Of a DNA stretch of 64,000 bases, positions 1 to 7,541 are shown in pieces. The DNA is from Candidatus Falkowbacteria bacterium UBA1359 (GTDB taxonomy: Bacteria; Patescibacteriota; Patescibacteriia; Patescibacteriales; Patescibacteriaceae), in the NCBI GenBank assembly GCA_002306385.1, contig DBRV01000003.1, forward strand, positions 861 through 64,860. The letters are read 5' to 3'. The translations under genes were made by a program, and so were the position numbers. The notes beneath the pieces were generated by a model that made no database searches, was not told where the DNA came from, and was given only the letters and a program-made list of their open reading frames with translations. Within the stretch, counting starts at the first letter, position 1, and each line of letters begins with the position of its first letter.

Positions 1-1313
1 TCGTAATAAGAATTTAGCCCACTATCCAAATGAAAAACGTGTTCTCCCTGCAGAGCTTTACGAACATAAAGGGGTAATTCACCTTTACTTTCGGCAATCT
101 GTTCTTGCGCTTGCATATTAATTTTACCGACATTTAAAGCCCAATCTTCTTGATATTTAAGTAATATCTCCTTGTGAGGAACATCCTCTGGAATGCGACC
201 ATTATACTCTGTGGCGAGAACCCTAATCCATGATAATAATTCAGGGGTCGATGGCCTTTTTTGTATCTTTGGATTTTCGTGATACTGATAAAAAACAGAA
301 ATGGCATAATTTAATAATTCTTTTTGTATCCCGGGAAAATTTAACTCAACAATTTGAGATAAATCAGACCGGCTTGGATAATCAACATAGTGATATAAAC
401 TTCGCCTGCGGAATGATGGCGGAATTTTATCTGAATCTTCTGTATTTGTTGTGACTATAATTCTTAAATTCTTTTTATCACCCTTTACAACAGTACCCGT
501 TTCATTAATAGTAAAGGTTAAATTTTCAATTTCATCTAAGATTCCTGTCATTAACTCTTCACGACCTTTTTCAATCTCATCTATAAGTAAATATATTTTT
601 TTACCTTTTCCCGATTGATAAATAGCCTCTCCTAATGGCCCTAGATCAATATAATTAAGATAGTCTAAGTCTTTAGATGTTTCACCCAGCTCAACAACAG
701 CTCTCATTTTAGCTTTAAATGCCATATATCCTTTATCTGTTGTGGGGTCTATCTCGCCACTAACTATTTTTTGCTTCCAAAACATAGCCTCATCTTTGAT
801 TTCTTCTGGCACCTGGGCCCGAGACTGGGCATCACTTAATCTTCTTACATCATCAACACTATATAATAAATCCTGGGCTCTCATTGTGTCCTTAACCCGA
901 ATATGAATAAGGGCAACATCTTTACCCTCTTGTAGCTCTTGGCCAACCTCTGAATAAGCCCATTGCGTTTTACCAGTGCCAGGTTCACCCTCTAAGATAA
1001 CAGAATTACAATCACCGCTCTCTGCCAAAACATCTAAAACCTCCTTAACGGCCTGCAGTTCCGCAGACACCACATATGGCCTCTCCATTCTTTCATTTAT
1101 TTCCGTCAAACTATGCCGCATCCTATCAAGTTGCTCCTCTTTTTTACCAATAGTTTTTATTATATTTTCTTTCCCCCTAGACTCTTCGGTAATCATGCTT
1201 AATTTTTCTTCAAGGAAGTCAATTTTTGCCAACAAACTAGACAATATAGACTTAAAAACTTCGGGGTCTTCAACTTCATCAATTTGTGGCTGTAATTCAA
1301 AATTTTTCCTCAT
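1..1313 (-). CDS. MoxR-family AAA+ ATPase, partial (runs off the left edge; absent from the ORF track)
   Basis: Manual translation from ATG at 1313: MRKNFELQPQIDEVEDPEVF...; Walker A EGEPGTGKT, Walker B LLIDEIEK, sensor-1 VTTN, FRRR, C-terminal PSTPELLSW; no stop seen down to base 3. Confidence 0.85.
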   Translation of the reverse strand, partial: MRKNFELQPQIDEVEDPEVFKSILSSLLAKIDFLEEKLSMITEESRGKENIIKTIGKKEEQLDRMRHSLTEINERMERPYVVSAELQAVKEVLDVLAESGDCNSVILEGEPGTGKTQWAYSEVGQELQEGKDVALIHIRVKDTMRAQDLLYSVDDVRRLSDAQSRAQVPEEIKDEAMFWKQKIVSGEIDPTTDKGYMAFKAKMRAVVELGETSKDLDYLNYIDLGPLGEAIYQSGKGKKIYLLIDEIEKGREELMTGILDEIENLTFTINETGTVVKGDKKNLRIIVTTNTEDSDKIPPSFRRRSLYHYVDYPSRSDLSQIVELNFPGIQKELLNYAISVFYQYHENPKIQKRPSTPELLSWIRVLATEYNGRIPEDVPHKEILLKYQEDWALNVGKINMQAQEQIAESKGELPLYVRKALQGEHVFHLDSGLNSYY

Positions 1314-1325
1314 AAAATTATAAGT

Positions 1326-1508
1326 TTAGTTGTTTTCAAAATTTTTAATATCTTCTTCAATCTTGGTGATTTTTTGTATCGCCTTATCTAAGACAGACTT
1401 TTTATAGGCTTGTAATTTTGTATTATGTCTTGCGTCAGCATTAATAACCTTTGATTTTATTGGAGGATTTGCTTTATTGATACCTCCCAAAATATTGTTT
1501 TTACTCAT
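1326..1508 (-). CDS. Small hypothetical protein (60 aa), probably co-transcribed with the AAA+ ATPase
   Basis: ATG-started ORF ending 12 nt upstream of the ATPase start on the same strand; helical C-terminus. Confidence 0.5.
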   Translation of the reverse strand: MSKNNILGGINKANPPIKSKVINADARHNTKLQAYKKSVLDKAIQKITKIEEDIKNFENN

Positions 1509-1709
1509 AAAATAATTAGTTTTATAATAATGAAATTAGCGGAACATCGTGAGGGATGTTGGAAACATACTTCAGTGACAAACCGAATATATTTACATCC
1601 CCAATTTAAGTCCTCAGGCTTAGCTTTATCATATCAAGTTTTGCTCTACTCTTCAACTCACTATTGTTTTTAATTATTAACCACGCATAAAAGTGGGATT
1701 TATTTTTTC

Positions 1710-1745
1710 AAAAAAGAAAAAGCGGCAACACTTAGGCTACCGCTT
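1710..1745 (-). terminator. Intrinsic terminator of the radical SAM operon
   Basis: Minus strand AAGCGGTAGC-loop-GTTGCCGCTT followed by TTTCTTTTTT. Confidence 0.7.
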
Positions 1746-1777
1746 GAGTAAAGAACTGTTTACGGATACGGACAAAT

Positions 1778-2770
1778 TTACTTCTTGTATTTATCCATAT
1801 AGATATGAGCAAGTTGACCGCAACATAACCCCGCCTCTTCACATTTAGCAATGGTGTCAACGACAACATTGAGGCCTAACGCGCGAATTTCGTCTCCTCT
1901 CTGCTTAAGGAGATCGAAATTACGATAATTCGCGAAGGCCTTAAGGCCATCCCGATCACCGCGTGTAGTCTTGTTGAGAGGAATCAGCTTAATTGCGAAT
2001 TTTGCGGGATCCAACCCCTTGAGTTTTTCAGGATCAAGCTCCCAGCCATCGCCACAGATGAAGTTCAGCGTTATCGTCCTATCTGTGACAGTGTGCTGAT
2101 CAAAGAATTCGACAAGACGAACAAGTGGAACAACCTTAGCTCCGTGAAAGAGCCAATGTCTTTCTTCTTCGCTTGTTGAATTAATTGACAGCTGAAGATG
2201 TAGGAATCCTCCGAATACTTCTTCCTTGACCCGCAGGACTTCCTCCAAAATTTCAAATGGCGAAGCTCCGTGAATTGTCGTGTCGGGCACGATGGAGTTG
2301 TAGCAAGGCAGGAATCGAAAATCACCCCAGGGGTGATTCTTGAGATATCGAATCGCCTCCAACACATTACACCAGTTTAGGGCTGGCTCACCCATTCGGG
2401 CGAATCCGATTTTCGCCTTCTTGGTTTTTTGAACATGAGGCGATTCTCGAATGATCAAGTCGATTTGCTCGATGATCTGCTCTGCACTTAAATTACCACG
2501 AAATGGCAGCAGAGGCACATCGCAGAAACGACATTGATAGCCACAACCAAGCTGAGTCGAAACGGTCATCAGCCACTTTTCTTCATAAGGAACAAGGTTT
2601 GCCCGAATCAGCTCTATATCATCGGTGACGAGAACTTCGGGATGTTCCTTGCCAGTTACGTCCTGCATCTCCGTGCATTCCACGATGTATGGATCACCTT
2701 TTTCATCTGTTGTTTCACAGATGAAAATTCTGCCACTTGGCAGCTCGACGACATCCTTTAAGGTTATCAT
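1778..2770 (-). CDS. RlmN/Cfr-like (class A) radical SAM protein, atypical
   Basis: STQLGCGYQCRFC cluster motif, ARMGEP (cf. MGMGEP), SINS, C-terminal CCGQL (cf. AACGQL); SD AAGGAG 8 nt upstream. Confidence 0.85.
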   Translation of the reverse strand: MITLKDVVELPSGRIFICETTDEKGDPYIVECTEMQDVTGKEHPEVLVTDDIELIRANLVPYEEKWLMTVSTQLGCGYQCRFCDVPLLPFRGNLSAEQIIEQIDLIIRESPHVQKTKKAKIGFARMGEPALNWCNVLEAIRYLKNHPWGDFRFLPCYNSIVPDTTIHGASPFEILEEVLRVKEEVFGGFLHLQLSINSTSEEERHWLFHGAKVVPLVRLVEFFDQHTVTDRTITLNFICGDGWELDPEKLKGLDPAKFAIKLIPLNKTTRGDRDGLKAFANYRNFDLLKQRGDEIRALGLNVVVDTIAKCEEAGLCCGQLAHIYMDKYKK

Positions 2771-3489
2771 TGCTTTTTCTCCTTTCTTTGGAATTTTTGC
2801 GCCAACTTTGTGGCGTCGTAATCTTCGTAGACCAAATTGTCGGGCATGAAATAATAGTTATAGTCGCCATCAGCTAAAAATCTAACTTGCGGAAATTCGT
2901 CTTGAAGCGTCTGTCGAATTTTATTGAAATCGGCAACAACACCTCTGCATTCCCGCACTGTCAGTTTGGGAACAAACGAGTAGAACCGAATCCACTCGCG
3001 AATCCAATCTGAGCTCTGGCCGACATAAACCACTACTACTCGTGCACGAGAGAATCTCAGAAGTCGCGTCAGTTCTTCCCTGCGAACCTCTGAAATCGTG
3101 TGTGTGGACACCACAACCTGGTGGAATCCGAGAAGTTCAATCATTGCCAGTTTATCAAGCAAATCCTCGTTTGTGTGGAGATCAACTTGACGATTATGCT
3201 TGTGGCAGATAGCAACGATTGTTTCGAGCGTTGAGAAATTCTCCTTTAGCTCGAACAAGGGGTCGCCACCGCCAGAAACAGAAACCTTCGGCCCAGTAAA
3301 TCTTCCGATACACCAATCTAGATAATCCCAATCAATTGTTTGTTTCTCCCGCTTCAGCCGATGATTAGCAAAAGCACAGAAAAAACATCGTTTTGCACAA
3401 CCGAAATTTGTAACAATGGAAAAATTCCTTTCCTGACAACATAAAGTGCTGTCGGATTCAAATTTCTCCTTTCGTACCTGCGTTATCAT
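2767..3489 (-). CDS. Radical SAM protein of unknown function
   Basis: CAKRCFFC (CxxxCxxC) and SGGGDP; start moved to 3489 because AGGAGG (3497-3502) is 7 nt from this ATG; ATGA overlap with the downstream gene. Confidence 0.85.
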   Translation of the reverse strand: MITQVRKEKFESDSTLCCQERNFSIVTNFGCAKRCFFCAFANHRLKREKQTIDWDYLDWCIGRFTGPKVSVSGGGDPLFELKENFSTLETIVAICHKHNRQVDLHTNEDLLDKLAMIELLGFHQVVVSTHTISEVRREELTRLLRFSRARVVVVYVGQSSDWIREWIRFYSFVPKLTVRECRGVVADFNKIRQTLQDEFPQVRFLADGDYNYYFMPDNLVYEDYDATKLAQKFQRKEKKQ

Positions 3490-3496
3490 GGTCATT

Positions 3497-3576
3497 CCTC
3501 CTTTTTATTTGAATTATCAATGTACAAAACCCCTGATAGGTTTATCAACAATAATACAAAATGTTCGAAATGTCAA
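3497..3576 (-). promoter_or_regulatory. sigma70 promoter, boxA-like element and SD (unit A)
   Basis: TTGACA (3576-3571), 17 nt, TATTGT (3553-3548); TGTACATTGATAA (3526-3514); AGGAGG (3502-3497). Confidence 0.6.
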
Positions 3577-4118
3577 TCTTTGCAGACCTCGCTAACGATC
3601 TTTCTCAAATATGAGAAACGAGAATGAATCTTGGGATCAGTTACCTTTTGCCAAGCGGATTCATCTCCATTTAAAAGATAATCACGTAACTGAGTGGCGC
3701 TAATGCCGTCGCGTTCGACTTTTTCAAACTTCATATCATAATTTTTATACAACCACTCTAATTTTGTCTCGCTTCCACCATAGACAACTTCGGGAATTTT
3801 CCCAGTATAAAATTGACAGAAAGAAACTATCCAATTACCCCATTCGCGATATTCCCCCTCGGTCTTAGGAATACCATGCAGGTCTGGGAAAAACCCAATT
3901 TTTAATCGTTTATTATCACCATAGATTCTTTTTATCAAATCTATCCTATCCAGAACGTTGAAAGGATTTCTTTTGCTGCCATACGATTGGCATTCACCAA
4001 CAAGCAAAATTGCTTCTTCGCACTCAGAAAGCATTTTATCGATGACTTTCTGATGGCCAAGTTGAATGTGTTGAAATCGACCATGAAATAACCCAAATTT
4101 GTATTTGTATGATCCCAT
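3573..4118 (-). CDS. Cytidylyltransferase-like nucleotidyltransferase (NMN adenylyltransferase NadM/NadR-like)
   Basis: GRFQHIQLGH (HxGH-type motif), NPF..DR and ISATQLR motifs. Confidence 0.8.
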   Translation of the reverse strand: MGSYKYKFGLFHGRFQHIQLGHQKVIDKMLSECEEAILLVGECQSYGSKRNPFNVLDRIDLIKRIYGDNKRLKIGFFPDLHGIPKTEGEYREWGNWIVSFCQFYTGKIPEVVYGGSETKLEWLYKNYDMKFEKVERDGISATQLRDYLLNGDESAWQKVTDPKIHSRFSYLRKIVSEVCKD

Positions 4119-4261
4119 AAATATTACCCCCTCATATAATTACTTATTTAATTTTATTATAACAGTTAATAATTGAAAAATCTATTAAAGTTTGCGGTCA
4201 TTCATTATTGCTGAAAACCCAAAAATCTGCCAAAATAAAGACATAAATTACAATTACTATA

Positions 4262-4507
4262 ATCAAAGAGGCTGGAACTTCACCAGAAACACTGCTAAAA
4301 ATTAAACAAGTATTGGACGTTATTCAGAACTGACATGCTCTCAATCCAGAGAACAAGTTTTTTGAATTTGAGCTCGACGGATTCGGCATAGATTTAAAAA
4401 ATGCAGATACCTACTTAGAGCTCCTAGATATCTTTGAGGGATTAAAAAATATCAGATGCTTCATGAAAAGTACTATCACACAGAGATCACAGAGAAAAAG
4501 CATATAG
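4262..4507 (+). pseudogene. Possible decayed gene fragment
   Basis: 82-codon protein-like frame (IKEAGTSPETLLKIKQVLDVIQN*HALNPENKFFEFELDG...) with one internal TGA and no start codon. Confidence 0.3.
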
Positions 4508-4522
4508 CAAAGGCACATCGCA

Positions 4523-4861
4523 AAAATCGCTCAATTAAACAATAAGCTAAGGGAGACTGAGGCCAGGGCTGAACACTGGTTGGAATTAACCAAAAGGACA
4601 TTCAGTTTTACCGCTTATGCACGAGCCGAATTGCTTAAGGCTACTGAAATGGGCAAAACGGGGTCAAAACTGAAGAAAAAATTCTTCTTGCATTAAGCCA
4701 AAGCCCTAAAATTAAAGATGGAGAGCTAGTGATCAAGTCCAACGAATGGTTTGTGCCGATACAAAAGATTCTGCACTGGAAAAGAAATACTTAGCGTTAG
4801 AACCGACAAAATTGCCACTAAATAAAGCAAAAACGTAGACTCTGGCCTCTATTCGTAACAC
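4523..4861 (+). pseudogene. C-terminal remnant of a large serine recombinase-like gene
   Basis: Segments in shifted frames: KLRETEARAEHWLELTKRTFSFTAYAR / ILLALSQSPKIKDGELVIKSNEWFVPIQK / ALEKKYLALEPTKLPLNKAKT*TLASIR. They resemble C-termini of tRNA-adjacent CPR recombinases (recognised from memory); two frameshifts and a stop. Confidence 0.55.
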
Positions 4862-4950
4862 TGGCGGAGGAGAAGGGATTCGAACCCTTGATGCCATATA
4901 GGCATAGCGCTTTTCGAGAGCGCCCGATTCAACCACTCTCGCACTCCTCC
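4862..4950 (-). tRNA. tRNA-Ser(CGA)
   Basis: GGAGGAG...CTCCTCC acceptor stem, GCGCT-CTCGAAA-AGCGC anticodon arm, long variable arm, GGTTCGAATCC, encoded CCA. Confidence 0.97.
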
Positions 4951-4965
4951 CTTAAGTCAACTGAT

Positions 4966-5697
4966 TCATTGTTTATCTTGAATTAGTTGTTTTAATCTGT
5001 CAATCTCTGCCGTATTAAGCGACCGAACCGCCCCAATGGGCAGACGACCCAACTTTAAAGGACCAAGTCCAGTTCTTTTTAGGTCAATCACTTCATAGCC
5101 TGCTAATTTTAGCAATAAACGAATCTGTCTCTTTTGACCTTGCTCTAAAATAATTTCTAACCGATCACCAGCTAATTGACGGCTTATTTTAGCTCTAGCC
5201 AAACTTTGGCCGTCATATAACTTATGACCCTGGGACAAAAATGTCTGTAGTTTTATAAAATTAGCAGAAGTAATCCCTGGTCTAACAGTGACCTCATAAA
5301 TCTTAGGGTGAGTAAAGCGAGGGTGGGTCAATTTAGCTGCTAAAATTCCATCATTGGTTAAAAGAACTAAGCCATGGCTATTTTTATCTAAACGGCCAGC
5401 CACAAAAAGCCGCCCCGGATAATTCACTAACTCAAAAATATTTTTTTCATGAGGCAATTGCTTATTAGTACAAGTATAGCCTACCGGCTTATTAACCATG
5501 AAATAAACCGGAGCCGGTTCCTGATTAGCTATTGGGCGACCATCAACCTTAATAATTGTGTGAGGGTTAATAATGATCTCCCCTAAATGAGCGGGCTGGT
5601 CATCCACGGTAACTCGTCCGGCTCTAATTAAAGATTCGGCTTGTCGTCTGGACCAAGGGCCATGACTGGCTAAATATTTAGTTAATTGCTGTTTCAT
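4966..5697 (-). CDS. RsuA/RluB-family rRNA pseudouridine synthase
   Basis: N-terminal S4 domain (SRRQAESLI..GRV.VD), NKP.G, catalytic GRLD, GQKRQIR. Confidence 0.93.
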   Translation of the reverse strand: MKQQLTKYLASHGPWSRRQAESLIRAGRVTVDDQPAHLGEIIINPHTIIKVDGRPIANQEPAPVYFMVNKPVGYTCTNKQLPHEKNIFELVNYPGRLFVAGRLDKNSHGLVLLTNDGILAAKLTHPRFTHPKIYEVTVRPGITSANFIKLQTFLSQGHKLYDGQSLARAKISRQLAGDRLEIILEQGQKRQIRLLLKLAGYEVIDLKRTGLGPLKLGRLPIGAVRSLNTAEIDRLKQLIQDKQ

Positions 5698-5699
5698 GG

Positions 5700-7046
5700 C
5701 TATTTGCTTTTTAACTTCCCCCTTAATTGCCAGTTAAGCCAACCAGTAAGCGCTAGGCCTAGCCAAAATAATACTGCTAAATCATTTTTAAAATAAGGCA
5801 CATCTACGAGACCATGGATAAAAGCAGCCAGCCAAGCCCCAAATAATCCCCAATTAAGCCAAGCTAAATTATTTTTAAGATGATAACCACAAAAATTGCG
5901 ACAATTAATAAATAGAGCCTTAAACCATAGCCACATAAAAATTATCATCCCCAGTAGCCCCAATTCACTCCAAAAATTTAAGATAATATTGTGAGGATAG
6001 AGGTATATCTCTACCGGCTGCCAGACTGGTTTTTCTGACTTATCTACTGGCTTAAGCCAAATACCTGTTTCATGATATGGCTTCACACTAGATTGATAAT
6101 TAGCAAGACCAGCCCCAGTAAATAATCGGCCATCTCGTAACATCTCCCAAGTTTCTTGCCATTGGGCTCGACGGATTTGGCCTGATTCATCGGCTAAAGA
6201 AATTTTCCTATAAATTCCAGGGTTCTGTAAAGTAACAATAACCAAAAGAGCAGTCAAAATAATAGACACCACCTTACCACCACGGCTAGAAAGAAAAATC
6301 ATAACTATAATAGCTATAATTAATCCAACTATAGCGCCTTCGGAATGGGCCCAATAAAGAGCCAGCCAACTCAAAATAATACTAGCGGCTAGTAAAATAT
6401 TAGACCAAGTAAATAGTTTAGACCGTTCTTTTCTTAAATAAATAAGGCAACCCAAAAGTGCTAAGCTAACTGGGGCCACAAAGAGACCAATAGCATTGGG
6501 GTAGCCAAAAAAAGAAGTAGCCCGCCGACCAGTAACTGACGCCCACTCAGGATTAAAAATGAGCTGGCCGGTAAAATACTGGTAGCCGGCTAATAAACTA
6601 ATTAAGGTTACACTACCCGCTAGAAACAATAGGGCATTAACAATGTCTTGAGGTTTTTGCCAAACATTAAAGGCAATAACAAAAACTAAAATTGGCTCAA
6701 TGAAATAAGCCTTCCAAATTCCCAGGGCTGGAAGACTATAGCCACTAATAGCAACGGCTATCCAGGCAATAATTAATATGATAATTATCTCCCAAGTAAA
6801 AGGATAAGGATGCCAATTCTTGGGTTTACGGATAATATTCTTCCAGGGCCGAGGCCAAGACTTAATGAGCCAAACCATGGTGGTAATTACAATGAATTCT
6901 TCTAAGACAGTAGAAGGCACAAAACCCACCTTAAAACGCAATAAATAAACAGGTAATAAACCAAATAGCAAAGATAGAGCTAATTTTAAGTTACTCCATG
7001 ACAAAATAAGCCACAAAACACCGACGGCTAAAATTAACCAGCTCAT
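5700..7046 (-). CDS. O-antigen ligase/Wzy_C-family membrane protein (possible protein O-oligosaccharyltransferase)
   Basis: Many TM segments; RATSFFGYPNA, G.GLANY, YPHNIILNFWSELGLLG. Confidence 0.85.
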   Translation of the reverse strand: MSWLILAVGVLWLILSWSNLKLALSLLFGLLPVYLLRFKVGFVPSTVLEEFIVITTMVWLIKSWPRPWKNIIRKPKNWHPYPFTWEIIIILIIAWIAVAISGYSLPALGIWKAYFIEPILVFVIAFNVWQKPQDIVNALLFLAGSVTLISLLAGYQYFTGQLIFNPEWASVTGRRATSFFGYPNAIGLFVAPVSLALLGCLIYLRKERSKLFTWSNILLAASIILSWLALYWAHSEGAIVGLIIAIIVMIFLSSRGGKVVSIILTALLVIVTLQNPGIYRKISLADESGQIRRAQWQETWEMLRDGRLFTGAGLANYQSSVKPYHETGIWLKPVDKSEKPVWQPVEIYLYPHNIILNFWSELGLLGMIIFMWLWFKALFINCRNFCGYHLKNNLAWLNWGLFGAWLAAFIHGLVDVPYFKNDLAVLFWLGLALTGWLNWQLRGKLKSK

Positions 7047-7540
7047 ATTTTTAACTGACTTAATGTCTTAAGCTTCCAAATATTATTAACCGTGTCATAA
7101 AGGGCAAAAGAGGCCGGATAATAAACTCCTCCTAGTGTGCCAGGATTCACGAGCCAAGTATTATTATCTAATTCCTCCCATGGTTTATGACTATGTCCGT
7201 AAAACAATACTTCTACTGATCCTTCTCTTAATACTTCTTCCCAATATCTTGGTTCGTGACAAAGACCAATGTGCCGTTTATCTACAATAATTTGGCCATA
7301 CCGACCAACATTATGCCACTGAGGATAACTGGGAATATCACTGGTTAAATAAGTATCACAATTGCCCTGAATAAAATAAAACTCCTTAGGCCAAAGTCTA
7401 GCTAGCTCTAAAAGCGTATCAGTATTAGTTAAGTCTCCCAAAAAAATAGCCGCATCGACTTGATTATTATTCGCCCAATTAAAACAAGTCTCTAAATTGG
7501 GTAAATTATCATGAAGATCACTAAATACTAAGATTGTCAT
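7043..7540 (-). CDS. YfcE/MJ0936-family metallophosphoesterase
   Basis: SDLHDN, GD, GNCD, GHSH and NPG motifs. Confidence 0.9.
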   Translation of the reverse strand: MTILVFSDLHDNLPNLETCFNWANNNQVDAAIFLGDLTNTDTLLELARLWPKEFYFIQGNCDTYLTSDIPSYPQWHNVGRYGQIIVDKRHIGLCHEPRYWEEVLREGSVEVLFYGHSHKPWEELDNNTWLVNPGTLGGVYYPASFALYDTVNNIWKLKTLSQLKI

Positions 7541-7541
7541 A

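Larger units (their letters stand above)
1..4861. mobile_element. Decayed genomic island or integrative element remnant abutting the 3' end of tRNA-Ser; left boundary not seen in the window
   Basis: Frameshifted recombinase-like remnant ends at the tRNA 3' end; cargo genes differ in composition and several carry SD motifs, unlike core genes. No intact integrase or second att site visible. Confidence 0.5.

Noticed and set aside
230..1323. Plus-strand ORFs 230-454 and 976-1323
   Set aside because: Antisense shadows of the minus-strand AAA+ ATPase.
1778..2770. Calling the gene rlmN or cfr
   Set aside because: It lacks the resolving Cys and the N-terminal domain and sits in an island, so orthology and resistance function cannot be supported.
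2767..3489. Prokaryotic viperin
   Set aside because: Only the generic radical SAM motifs match; viperin-specific motifs were not recognised.
4733..4936. 67-aa ORF
   Set aside because: Overlaps tRNA-Ser and is antisense to the recombinase remnant.
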